Assembly: GCA_963776545.1 (NCBI GenBank)
Contig: CAVZND010000006.1
Coordinates: 13,565-77,564, forward strand
Reading direction: 5' to 3'
Length of the DNA stretch: 64,000 nucleotides
Origin: an uncultured Chloroflexia bacterium
Lineage (GTDB): Bacteria; Chloroflexota; Limnocylindria; Limnocylindrales; CSP1-4
Shown one piece after another: positions 46,386 to 54,494 of the stretch; position 1 is the first letter of the stretch, and each line of letters starts with the position of its first letter. The translations under genes were made by a program, and so were the position numbers. The notes under the pieces were generated by a model. That model worked only from the letters and a program-made list of their open reading frames with translations, made no database searches and was not told the origin of the DNA.

Positions 46386-46787
46386 TCAGGCGAGGTCGCT
46401 CGGCACCCAGTGATACCAGCCGGCCGCGACGAGCACGACGACGTCGACGACCAGCGCGCCGAGCGTGCTGAACGTCGGGAACGCGACCGGGAACAGCAGC
46501 AGGCCCACGAGTGACGCGACCGAGGAACCGATCGCGAGCGGCGTGAACCAGGCCGCCGGGAGCCAGCCCATGACGACCGCCGCGAGGGCGATGAACCCGA
46601 CCATCGCCACGGTCCACAGGACCGTGCCGATCGCCTGCGTCACGGGCGTGCCGGCGACGCCGTCGAGGAGCCACGAGCCACCGTCCCACGCCGGGTTGAC
46701 GGTGGCGACCTTGAAGACCCCCAGGAGACCCATGCTATGGCCGATCCCGTGGGCGAGCAGCACGAGGGCGATCACGATCTTGAGCAT
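46386..46787 (-). CDS. hypothetical integral membrane protein (4 TM helices)
   Basis: 133 aa, hydrophobic (MLKIVIALVLLAHGIGHSMG...). It lies 12 nt after the flavodoxin-like gene. Confidence 0.6.
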   Translation of the reverse strand: MLKIVIALVLLAHGIGHSMGLLGVFKVATVNPAWDGGSWLLDGVAGTPVTQAIGTVLWTVAMVGFIALAAVVMGWLPAAWFTPLAIGSSVASLVGLLLFPVAFPTFSTLGALVVDVVVLVAAGWYHWVPSDLA

Positions 46788-46799
46788 TGCTACATCCCT

Positions 46800-47321
46800 T
46801 CACGTGGTGGCCGGCGTCGCGGTCAGGTCGCTCGCGATCTCGTCGGCCCAGGCATCGATCGAATCCCAGTCGCGGTAGTCGCCCTCGGCCACGAAGTGCT
46901 TGGCCAGGAATCGATCCGCGACCCCAAGGTCCGACCCGTCGACCGCCCGACGATCGAGCGCGCCGGCGAAGGTCCGATGCCCCCTCGCGTGGACCGCGGC
47001 CGAGATCTCGAGGACCTCGGCCTGTCGGACTGGCTCGGCCGCCGCGGCCATGCGACCCACGGGCCCACTGCTGAACAACCAGGTCGGGCGTGCCGAGAGC
47101 GCCGCCTCGAGGTCACTGACGAACTCGGTCGCCTCGGTGAGCCATCGGCCGGCGTACACGGCACTCCCGATCACGACCGCGTCATACGGCGTCAATGCAT
47201 CGACCGCATCGACCTGTCGGACGACGACGGCGAGTCGATGCGTCTCGAGCCGGCCGGCGATCCGTTCGGCGATCGCCTTCGTCGATCCGAGACGGGTCGC
47301 ATAGGCGACCAGGACGTTCAT
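46800..47321 (-). CDS. flavodoxin-domain protein (HemG-like long flavodoxin family)
   Basis: 173 aa from the ATG at 47321. Contains MNVLVAYATRLGSTKAIAE and VVIGSAVYAGRW. Confidence 0.75.
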   Translation of the reverse strand: MNVLVAYATRLGSTKAIAERIAGRLETHRLAVVVRQVDAVDALTPYDAVVIGSAVYAGRWLTEATEFVSDLEAALSARPTWLFSSGPVGRMAAAAEPVRQAEVLEISAAVHARGHRTFAGALDRRAVDGSDLGVADRFLAKHFVAEGDYRDWDSIDAWADEIASDLTATPATT

Positions 47322-47367
47322 CGTCACGCCGCCCTCGCTTGGGATCCACCCCGCTGCTGGCCTCGGG

Positions 47368-47544
47368 TCAGCCGGCGAGGTCGACCTCCTCCATGAGGTC
47401 CTCACGGGCCTCCGCGATCCGCTCGCGCCAGTCGAATCCGGCGAGCTTCGAGCGGACAAGCTCGTTGCGCTGGACCAGGACGATCAGTCCGATGGACAGC
47501 AGCACGGCGAGCGTGGTGAACACGAACGGAGCGAGATTTCGCAT
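47368..47544 (-). CDS. small single-pass membrane protein (58 aa), not in the ORF track
   Basis: ATG at 47544 with GGAGGTG 7 nt upstream. Translation: MRNLAPFVFTTLAVLLSIGLIVLVQRNELVRSKLAGFDWRERIAEAREDLMEEVDLAG. GC3-rich. Confidence 0.5.
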   Translation of the reverse strand: MRNLAPFVFTTLAVLLSIGLIVLVQRNELVRSKLAGFDWRERIAEAREDLMEEVDLAG

Positions 47545-47706
47545 GGGATCGCACCTCCAACCGGGGCGGTCTGGCCGCCGACCCTAATCCAAGCGTTCGC
47601 GGGCCGGGGAAGGCAGGGCCATCTGCCATTCGGTCGCGGGCCGGCTGGCATGAATCCCCCGCGGCCTCGTGACTTGTGGCCCGCCAGCGCGTGCCTGCCG
47701 GCACTC

Positions 47707-47730
47707 ATCGATGTCTGCGCATATGTCGAT
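47707..47730. promoter_or_regulatory. imperfect 24-bp palindrome immediately upstream of the ArsR-family gene (candidate operator)
   Basis: ATCGATGTCTGCGCATATGTCGAT has perfect ATCGA/TCGAT ends and 17 of 24 symmetric positions. It ends 10 nt before the ATG at 47740. Confidence 0.3.
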
Positions 47731-47739
47731 AGTCGAGGC

Positions 47740-48135
47740 ATGGACGAGATCACGATCCTCCAGGCCGAGGTCCTCAAGACGCTCGCCAGCCCGAGACGCC
47801 TCGAGATCCTCCATGCCCTCGCCGATGGACCGCTCGAAGTCGGGCGCCTGGCACGCGCCATCGGCGCCAGCCAGCCGAATGTGTCACAGCATCTCGGCCT
47901 GCTTCGCGCGGTGGGCATCGTCGAGGCGGAACGCGACGGCCGCGAGGTGCGCTACCGGCTGACCGACCCGGACGTCATGGTCGCTTGCGGCCTCATGCAG
48001 ACCGTGCTCGAACGGCGGCTCGCGCGCCTCGGGGAGATGGCCGCCAATGCCGCGGTCGGGTCCGCCGCCCGGGTGGCGCCGCTGACCGCGGGTCCGCAGC
48101 CCGTCCGACTGACCGTCCACACCACATCGAGGTGA
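47740..48135 (+). CDS. ArsR/SmtB-family transcriptional regulator
   Basis: 131 aa. wHTH LKTLASPRRLEILHALADGPLEVGRLARAIGASQPNVSQHLGLLRAVGIV. One Cys only (VACGL). Confidence 0.8.
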   Translation: MDEITILQAEVLKTLASPRRLEILHALADGPLEVGRLARAIGASQPNVSQHLGLLRAVGIVEAERDGREVRYRLTDPDVMVACGLMQTVLERRLARLGEMAANAAVGSAARVAPLTAGPQPVRLTVHTTSR

Positions 48136-48140
48136 CCGTC

Positions 48141-48554
48141 ATGACCGAGCCCCTGAACCTGGTGCTCTTCTCCGGGACCGACGACAAGCTCCAGGCGGCG
48201 GCGGTCCTGACCGCCGGCGCGGCCGCGCTCGGGAAGCCCGTCAACATCTTCCTGCAGTACTGGGCGCTCGACGCCTTCCGGGCCGCGAAGATCGCCGACG
48301 ATCACGGACTGGCTCCCGAGGCGGGCGTCGCGGGCCGGGCCGCGGTCGACGCCCTCGCCCGAGCCGGGCAGGCCCCCTGGGCGGAGACGCTGCGCCAGGC
48401 CAAGGACCTCGGCGGCGTCGACATCCAGGCGTGCTCGCTGTCCATGGATCTGCTGCACCTCGAATTGACCGACCTCGACCCACTCGTCGACGGCGTGGAA
48501 GGCGTCACGGCCTTCTACATCAATGCCGGCGAGGGCCAGGTCCTCTTCATCTGA
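48141..48554 (+). CDS. DsrE/DsrF-like (COG2210-type) sulfur-relay family protein
   Basis: 137 aa. Contains LNLVLFSGTDDKLQAA, and a candidate active Cys in IQACSLSMDLL. Confidence 0.7.
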   Translation: MTEPLNLVLFSGTDDKLQAAAVLTAGAAALGKPVNIFLQYWALDAFRAAKIADDHGLAPEAGVAGRAAVDALARAGQAPWAETLRQAKDLGGVDIQACSLSMDLLHLELTDLDPLVDGVEGVTAFYINAGEGQVLFI

Positions 48555-48580
48555 CCGACGTAGCCCGGAAGGAGTCAGCG

Positions 48581-48817
48581 ATGCCAGTCATCGAGATCAC
48601 CCAGACGATCGACGCCCGTGGGCTGTCGTGCCCGATGCCGATCGTGAAGACCGCCCAAGCCGTCAGGACCATGCCGTCCGGCGCTGCCTTGGAGCTGCTC
48701 GCCACGGACCCCGGGTCGATCAAGGACGTCGCGGCCTGGTGCCGCGCGACCGGCAACGAACTCATCGAGCAGACATCGGATGGCGCGCTCTACCGCTTCG
48801 TCATCCGCCGGAAGTGA
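48581..48817 (+). CDS. TusA-family sulfurtransferase
   Basis: 78 aa. Contains DARGLSCPMPIVK (CPxP motif). SD is GGAAGGAG. Confidence 0.85.
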   Translation: MPVIEITQTIDARGLSCPMPIVKTAQAVRTMPSGAALELLATDPGSIKDVAAWCRATGNELIEQTSDGALYRFVIRRK

Positions 48818-48826
48818 GGACACCCG

Positions 48827-49420
48827 ATGACCACCGAAACGCTCACCCCGCTCGACCCGCTCGCCGATGCGATCGCCGCGGTCGACGGCTGGCCCGAGGT
48901 CGACGGATCGCCGGCGCCCCTCCCGACCGGTGATGGCGCCGCGGCCACGAAGGACCTCCTGATCATCGACTACAGCGGCGATCTCGAGAAGGTCTGGGCG
49001 ACGATGATCCTCGCCTCGACGAGCGCCGCGATGGGGGTCAAGACCCGCGTCTTCGTGACGTTCTGGGGGCTCCAGGTCTTCGTCAAGGACTCGAAGCGGA
49101 TCACCGGCGAGAACTGGATGCAGAAGATGCTGTCGGCGATGCAGCGGCCCGGCGTCAGCCATCGGAAGCTGTCGAAGATGAACTTCCTCGGGATGGGCCC
49201 CTGGATGATGGGCCGCCTTGCCAGGCAGTACGGCGTGGCCAGCCCCAAGGAGCTCCTCGAGGTCGCGCAGGAGATGGGCGTCGAGTTCATCCCGTGTCAG
49301 ATGACCATGGACATGTTCGGGCTCAAGCCCGAAGACATGATCGAGGGCATGGCCGAGCCCGTCGGCGCCGCCACCGTCATCGGCCTGATGACCGAGAACT
49401 CCGTCCCGTTGTTCATCTAG
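48827..49420 (+). CDS. DsrE/DsrF-like (COG2210-type) family protein, long form
   Basis: 197 aa. Contains LLIIDYSGDLEKVWATMILAS, and a candidate Cys in EFIPCQMTMDMFGL. Confidence 0.7.
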   Translation: MTTETLTPLDPLADAIAAVDGWPEVDGSPAPLPTGDGAAATKDLLIIDYSGDLEKVWATMILASTSAAMGVKTRVFVTFWGLQVFVKDSKRITGENWMQKMLSAMQRPGVSHRKLSKMNFLGMGPWMMGRLARQYGVASPKELLEVAQEMGVEFIPCQMTMDMFGLKPEDMIEGMAEPVGAATVIGLMTENSVPLFI

Positions 49421-49436
49421 GAAGGGACACATCGTC

Positions 49437-49682
49437 ATGACCGACACCGCCATCGCCATCACGCGCACCGTCGACGCACGCGGCAGCTTCTGCCCCGGGC
49501 CGTTGATGGAACTGATCCGGGCCATCCGTGAGGGACAGGTCGGCGACGTGATCGCCGTCTACTCCTCGGACAAGGGCTCGAAGATCGACATCCCGAAGTG
49601 GGTCGAGAAAGCCGGGCACGGCCTCATCGCCCTCGAGGCCCGCGACGGCTACGACGAGATCGTCGTCGAGAAGCGGCGCTAG
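49437..49682 (+). CDS. TusA-family sulfurtransferase (second copy)
   Basis: 81 aa. Contains DARGSFCPGPLMEL (CPxP motif). Confidence 0.85.
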   Translation: MTDTAIAITRTVDARGSFCPGPLMELIRAIREGQVGDVIAVYSSDKGSKIDIPKWVEKAGHGLIALEARDGYDEIVVEKRR

Positions 49683-49692
49683 GGGGCCCGAC

Positions 49693-50850
49693 ATGCAGCG
49701 CATCCTCATCCTGGGCGGTGGCGTCGGGGGGACCCTGACCGCGAACCTGCTGGTGAAGCGCCTTCGCCAGCGGATCGACCGCGGCGAGGTAGAGGTCATG
49801 GTGGTCGACTCGACCGGCCAGCACGTCTACCAACCCGGCTTCATGTACATCGCGATGGGTGGCGAGCGGGCGGCGAACCTCCAGCGCCCCGAGCGCTCAC
49901 TGCTCGACAAGCGCGTGACGCTCGTCATCGGCGAGGTGGCGCGAGTCGACGAGGACCGCCAGGTCGTGGCGCTCACCGATGGCCTCGAGCTCGGATATGA
50001 CCAGCTCGTGCTGGCGACGGGCTCCCGTATCGTGCCCGAGGCGATCGAGCACTTCGACACCGAGGCCCAACACTTCTATAGCGCTGAAGCCGCGGCGCGA
50101 CTCCGGACCGCGCTCGACCGGTTCGACGGCGGCCGGATCGTCATCGGCATCGCCGGCATGCCTTACAAGTGCCCGCCGGCGCCGCTCGAGGTCGCGTTCC
50201 TCATCGAGGCCGAGATGCGCCAGCGCGGCCTGCGGGACCGGACGACCATCGACTTCTGCTCGCCGATCGGACGGGCGTTCACCATCGAGACCGTCTCGGA
50301 GATGGCGACGCCGATCCTGGAACGCAAGGGCATCGAGCTGCACACGTTCTTCAACGTCGAGGCGATCGATCCGGAGCGCAAGGTCGTGCTCAGCCTCGAA
50401 GGCGAAGAGCTCCCCTACGACCTGCTCATCCTCGTGCCCCCGCACAAGGGCCAGCAGTTCCTGATGGACTCCGGCCTGGCGCCGGCCCCGGGCGGCTGGC
50501 TGCCGACCGATCGGGCGACGCTCCAGGTGGGCGGCAGGCCGAACGTCTATGCCCTCGGCGACGCCACGGACCTGCCGCTTTCGAAGGCCGGCTCGACGGC
50601 CCACTTCGAGGCGCCGGTCGTGACCGAGCGACTCGTCGCGGCGATCGAAGGCCGCGCGGTCGATCACCCGCGTGGCGACTATCTCGGCAAGGTCATGTGC
50701 TTCTTCGAGATCGGCGACGGCAAGGGCACGTTGCTCCAGTTCGACTACGAGCATCCACCCAAGCCACCGAAGCCGAACCAGCTCTGGCACCTGGGCAAGA
50801 TCGTCTTCAACAAGACGTACTGGCACACGGTGCCGAAGGGCCGCGTCTGA
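49693..50850 (+). CDS. sulfide:quinone oxidoreductase-like FAD-dependent pyridine nucleotide-disulfide oxidoreductase
   Basis: 385 aa. Contains ILILGGGVGG, YKCPPAPLE, and GDATDLPLSKAGSTAHFE. Confidence 0.75.
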   Translation: MQRILILGGGVGGTLTANLLVKRLRQRIDRGEVEVMVVDSTGQHVYQPGFMYIAMGGERAANLQRPERSLLDKRVTLVIGEVARVDEDRQVVALTDGLELGYDQLVLATGSRIVPEAIEHFDTEAQHFYSAEAAARLRTALDRFDGGRIVIGIAGMPYKCPPAPLEVAFLIEAEMRQRGLRDRTTIDFCSPIGRAFTIETVSEMATPILERKGIELHTFFNVEAIDPERKVVLSLEGEELPYDLLILVPPHKGQQFLMDSGLAPAPGGWLPTDRATLQVGGRPNVYALGDATDLPLSKAGSTAHFEAPVVTERLVAAIEGRAVDHPRGDYLGKVMCFFEIGDGKGTLLQFDYEHPPKPPKPNQLWHLGKIVFNKTYWHTVPKGRV

Positions 50851-51082
50851 ACGGCCCTGACTACGGCAGCGGCTCTCCCTTCCCCGCTGCCTATCAGCTG
50901 CGCCTGGGCGCCCTCGTGCCCGGGCGCAGCTCCTCACGACCGGCTCCTCGGCGACTCCGTAGAACTGCGGGCCATCGCGACCGGCGGGACGTGACCGACG
51001 GCCCTGTCCAGCGGCCGCCGGTCGCGCGACCGTTAGATACGGGCGACGAACCTTGAGGGCGGCCCGCAGCAGGAGTCGAGCC

Positions 51083-51559
51083 ATGACCACGGAAGCCGGC
51101 GGAACCCAGCCCGTCTGGGCATACGCGGAACATGAGCACCGGGACCTCGTCCGCGGGATCAACCGGATGCACGACATCGCGTGCGGCATCGGTCGCCGGC
51201 CGACGCCCGAGGTGTCCGTGCAACTGCTCGGCCTGCTGGGCTGGGTGGACGACACCCTCGAACCGCACATCGCGTGGGAGGAGGCGTGGCTCTACCCGGA
51301 GATCGACGCGCGGATCGGTAGCCCGTGGGCGACTCGGGCGGCCCGCTTCGACCATCAGCAGATCCGCGAGATGGCCGCGAAGCTGCGTGCCGACCAGCAC
51401 TCCCTCGGCCGTCACGAACCGGCCGATCAGCACGCCGAGCTGCGCTGTCACGTCTTCGGGCTTGAGGCCCTGGTCCGGGCGCACATCCAGCGCGAGGAAC
51501 GTTTCCTCATCCCGTTGCTCGACGAGCAACGACCACCGATCCAGTCGATGACGGGGTAG
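51083..51559 (+). CDS. hemerythrin (HHE cation-binding) domain protein
   Basis: His/Glu-containing helices: EHEHRDL, HIAWEEAWLYPEID, FDHQQIREM, HIQREERFLIPLL. The start is uncertain (51053 or 51083). Confidence 0.65.
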   Translation: MTTEAGGTQPVWAYAEHEHRDLVRGINRMHDIACGIGRRPTPEVSVQLLGLLGWVDDTLEPHIAWEEAWLYPEIDARIGSPWATRAARFDHQQIREMAAKLRADQHSLGRHEPADQHAELRCHVFGLEALVRAHIQREERFLIPLLDEQRPPIQSMTG

Positions 51560-51571
51560 TCTCGGAGCGCC

Positions 51572-52264
51572 ATGAGCGTCCAGCGCCCCACACCGGTCCG
51601 CTTCGATCCTGTCTCGGCCGCGCCCCTGCTGAGCGAACTTGGGTTCGTCGCCAGCCCGGACCTGCCCGATCGTCCGGGTCCCGCATACCTGCTGGTCGCC
51701 CTGCGGGCGTCGCCGACCCTGCGCCACTACGACCCGGAGGGGGTCGAATACTGGGTCAGCGACGGGGGCCGCGGCTCGCGCCGGACCGTGACCCGTTCGA
51801 CGCGCCTGCCGCTCGAGAGCGAGTTCTCATGGGGCCTGATCCGGATCACCGATCGTCTGCATGTCACCAACGAGTACCTGACGTTCGGCGGACACCTGTC
51901 CGTCGATTCGGTCGATGACGTCGTCGTGGCCGTCTTCACCTCGCCAGCGCCGATGTTGCGGCGCGGCGGTCATTCACAGGACTGGGACGAAGGCGCCGAG
52001 ACGCTCGGCGCCTTCTTCAGCCGCGTCCTGCTCGCCGTCGACGTGGCCCCGGGGTTCGAGGGTCGGGTGGCCGCGGCCGATCCCGTCTCGCGCTACGCCG
52101 CGTTCGTCGCGGATGCCATGGCCCGCTATCGGGCCAGCCCGATGCTCCGGATCGAGCAACCACGCCTCTGGACCATGCTCCAGGCGGAGGAACACGGGCT
52201 TCGCGAGAATCACCCGGCGGAATGGGCGGCCGGCGAGGGACTCCGGAACGAGACGGCCAGGTGA
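51572..52264 (+). CDS. hypothetical protein (230 aa)
   Basis: GC3-rich ORF with no recognisable motif. Confidence 0.5.
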   Translation: MSVQRPTPVRFDPVSAAPLLSELGFVASPDLPDRPGPAYLLVALRASPTLRHYDPEGVEYWVSDGGRGSRRTVTRSTRLPLESEFSWGLIRITDRLHVTNEYLTFGGHLSVDSVDDVVVAVFTSPAPMLRRGGHSQDWDEGAETLGAFFSRVLLAVDVAPGFEGRVAAADPVSRYAAFVADAMARYRASPMLRIEQPRLWTMLQAEEHGLRENHPAEWAAGEGLRNETAR

Positions 52265-52282
52265 CCCGCCGCTAGACCGCGG

Positions 52283-52831
52283 TCAGGCGCCGCGATCGGC
52301 GGGGCGTGGTGGCTTCTCCACGACCCGTCGAGGTCCCGGCTGCGCCTGACCGGATGGGCGTCGCGGAGCCGGCTCGCTCCAGCGGTAGGCTCCGACGGTC
52401 TGCGCCCGCGGCTCGTCACCGGCCAGGACGCGAAGCCGTGCCACGAGCTGGCGGTCGGTCAGCCGCGTCGAGGCCTTACAGGTCACCTCGCGCGCGCCCG
52501 GGTGGCGCTCGTCCATCGCGCGGACATGGCGCTCCAGGCGTTCGCGGACCGTGCCAGGGCCGAGGATCAGCAGGTCCTCGCCCGGGGCCAGGGTCCGTGC
52601 GACCCGGTCGACGAACCGTTCGAGGTGCTCCAGGCGGCGTGGCTCGCCGGCCGTCTGGGCCCGCCCTCCGCCGTGGCGCGCACCCGGACCGTGGGTGATG
52701 TGGCCGGTCGCACGATGGTGAGCCGGCACGTCGGAGTCCAGGCGTTCGACGCTGGCACGATCGTCGTGCCAGCGGACGATGACCGCCTCGCGAGCGTCGA
52801 TCCAGACGAGCGTTCGGGCTGCTGCTTCCAT
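52283..52831 (-). CDS. host-attachment / bacterial eRF1-like (baeRF) family protein (tentative)
   Basis: ATG at 52831 is preceded by AGGAGGG. Contains LVWIDAREAVIV, FVDRVARTL and DLLILGPGTVRERLERHV, which resembles the eRF1-core-like family. The remaining upstream part of the 359-aa track ORF is shadow. Confidence 0.4.
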   Translation of the reverse strand: MEAAARTLVWIDAREAVIVRWHDDRASVERLDSDVPAHHRATGHITHGPGARHGGGRAQTAGEPRRLEHLERFVDRVARTLAPGEDLLILGPGTVRERLERHVRAMDERHPGAREVTCKASTRLTDRQLVARLRVLAGDEPRAQTVGAYRWSEPAPRRPSGQAQPGPRRVVEKPPRPADRGA

Positions 52832-53068
52832 GTCGAAGGCCCTCCTGCCCGGACCTCGGGCGTACCGCCAGCGTCGCCTCGTCCAACCGCCGGCACAGCG
52901 GCCATCGGATGCGGTGGCACGTGACAAACGGCACGAACGACGCAGATCGCCGGCGGCCCGGGCATGCCCTGGGCGGCTCACGACGATGGGTCCGATGGCT
53001 CTCGACCCGGGCCACTCGCGACCCGCAGATTGGGCATCTCGGCCCACGCTCCAAGCAGGGAGTCCGAC

Positions 53069-53557
53069 ATGACGTACGACATCACGACGCGCGAGCTCGC
53101 GCAGCAACCGGTCCTCTCCATCCGCGAGCGACGGGTCCAGCGGGCGATCCCCGAATTCCTCGGCGGGGCCTTCGACGAGCTCTTCGGGACGCTCGGGCGT
53201 CTCGGGGCGGCGCCGGTCGGTCCGCCCCTGGTCATCTATCACGCGTTCGGCCCCGACGGCATCGACGCGGAAGTCTGCGTACCGGTCGATCGAGGCGTGA
53301 AGGCAACGGGCCGGATGCGCTATCGCGTGCTGCCCGCCATGACCGTCGCCTGGACGCTGCACGTCGGGCCGTACGAGGACCTGACGGTGGCGTACTCGGC
53401 CATCACGGACTGGATCCAGGGCATCGGCCTCGAAGCGGCCGGCCCAGTCCAGGAGCGGTACCTCAACGGCCCAGGCGATGACGTCAGGCCCGCGGAGTAC
53501 CGCACGGAGGTCGAGATCCCGGTCGCGCTGGTCGCCGCTGTCGCCCTTGGCATTTGA
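53069..53557 (+). CDS. GyrI-like small-molecule-binding domain protein
   Basis: 162 aa. Contains ITTRELAQQPVLSIRER, VCVPV, and HVGPYEDLTVAYSAITDWIQ...ERYLNGP. Confidence 0.7.
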   Translation: MTYDITTRELAQQPVLSIRERRVQRAIPEFLGGAFDELFGTLGRLGAAPVGPPLVIYHAFGPDGIDAEVCVPVDRGVKATGRMRYRVLPAMTVAWTLHVGPYEDLTVAYSAITDWIQGIGLEAAGPVQERYLNGPGDDVRPAEYRTEVEIPVALVAAVALGI

Positions 53558-53653
53558 CGGAATCGATCCGCGGCCCGATGGTGGGGCTCACGTCGCAGGC
53601 GCCGGGCTTCCATTTCGTCGGCCCGAAGCGCGCGATCGATCGGATCCAACCCA

Positions 53654-54134
53654 ATGGCTCGAACGTCCTTCTCCCCGCCTGAGGCGAACATCGTCGTGTG
53701 CAGCGACGGCTACTTCGATGTCTATCCGTCGTCCGCTCGGTCGGATGGCGACAAGCCCGCGTATCGCGGCGTGCTGGCTGAACTTGGTACCGGGATCCGT
53801 GGCGCCGACGATCGGCTCGCGGTCCGCCCCGGATCCGTGGCGCTCGCCGACGCCGTCAGCGTCTGGTCGACGGCGAACGGCGCGGCCGCGGTCCGTGGCG
53901 AACTCGGCGGGGGACGCGACGGCAACCAGACGGAAGGCTGACCTCGCGAGGCTGACGACCCATCGACCGAGTCTTCGCGCCGACGGTTCGTCGACGCTCG
54001 AGTCGTCGTTCAGCAATGCGGGTGGATCGCTCCGGTTCGCCGGGCTCGTGGCGCAACCCCGCGACGGGTTCGACGGACCGCCGGTCGACCTTGCCGGGAC
54101 GCTCGAGTGGACCTGCGGCGCCGTGCCGGTCTGA
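53654..54134 (+). pseudogene. hypothetical ORF whose GC3-rich coding signal changes frame near 53935 (disrupted gene, or two small ORFs)
   Basis: Frame 1 (53654-53941) and frame 2 (about 53940-54134, ...GSLRFAGLVAQPRDGFDGPPVDLAGTLEWTCGAVPV) both show high GC3. The second has no start codon of its own. Confidence 0.3.
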
Positions 54135-54224
54135 CCGAGGTCACGGGGGGTTCGGGTCCACATGGCCCTTGCATGCCGTGTCCCTCGTGGCGGACCATGG
54201 CACGTACTCTGGAGGACCATGGGC

Positions 54225-54494
54225 ATGGCTACGCGGAAGCAATCGGTCGCGGACGTGATGACGAGCAACCCGATCGTCGTCTCGGTGAACGCCTCCCTCG
54301 AGGAAGCCGATCAGCTGCTCCGCTCGACCTTCATCATGGGCCTCCCGGTCGTCGATGACCGCGGCACGCTGGTGGGCGTCATCAGCCACACCGACCTGAC
54401 GGCGTACCGCTTCGTCGAGCGGTCGCGTCAGATCCGTTCGAAGGCCATCGCCACGGACCCGCCGCCGCCGAGGCAGAGGGTCGCGAGGCCGTAG
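54225..54494 (+). CDS. single-CBS-motif protein (possibly a truncated Bateman protein)
   Basis: GGAGG lies 9 nt before the ATG at 54225. There is one CBS motif, VADVMTSNPIVV...GLPVVDDRGTLVGVISHTDL. The last ~22 codons overlap the convergent thiolase 3' end. Confidence 0.5.
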   Translation: MATRKQSVADVMTSNPIVVSVNASLEEADQLLRSTFIMGLPVVDDRGTLVGVISHTDLTAYRFVERSRQIRSKAIATDPPPPRQRVARP

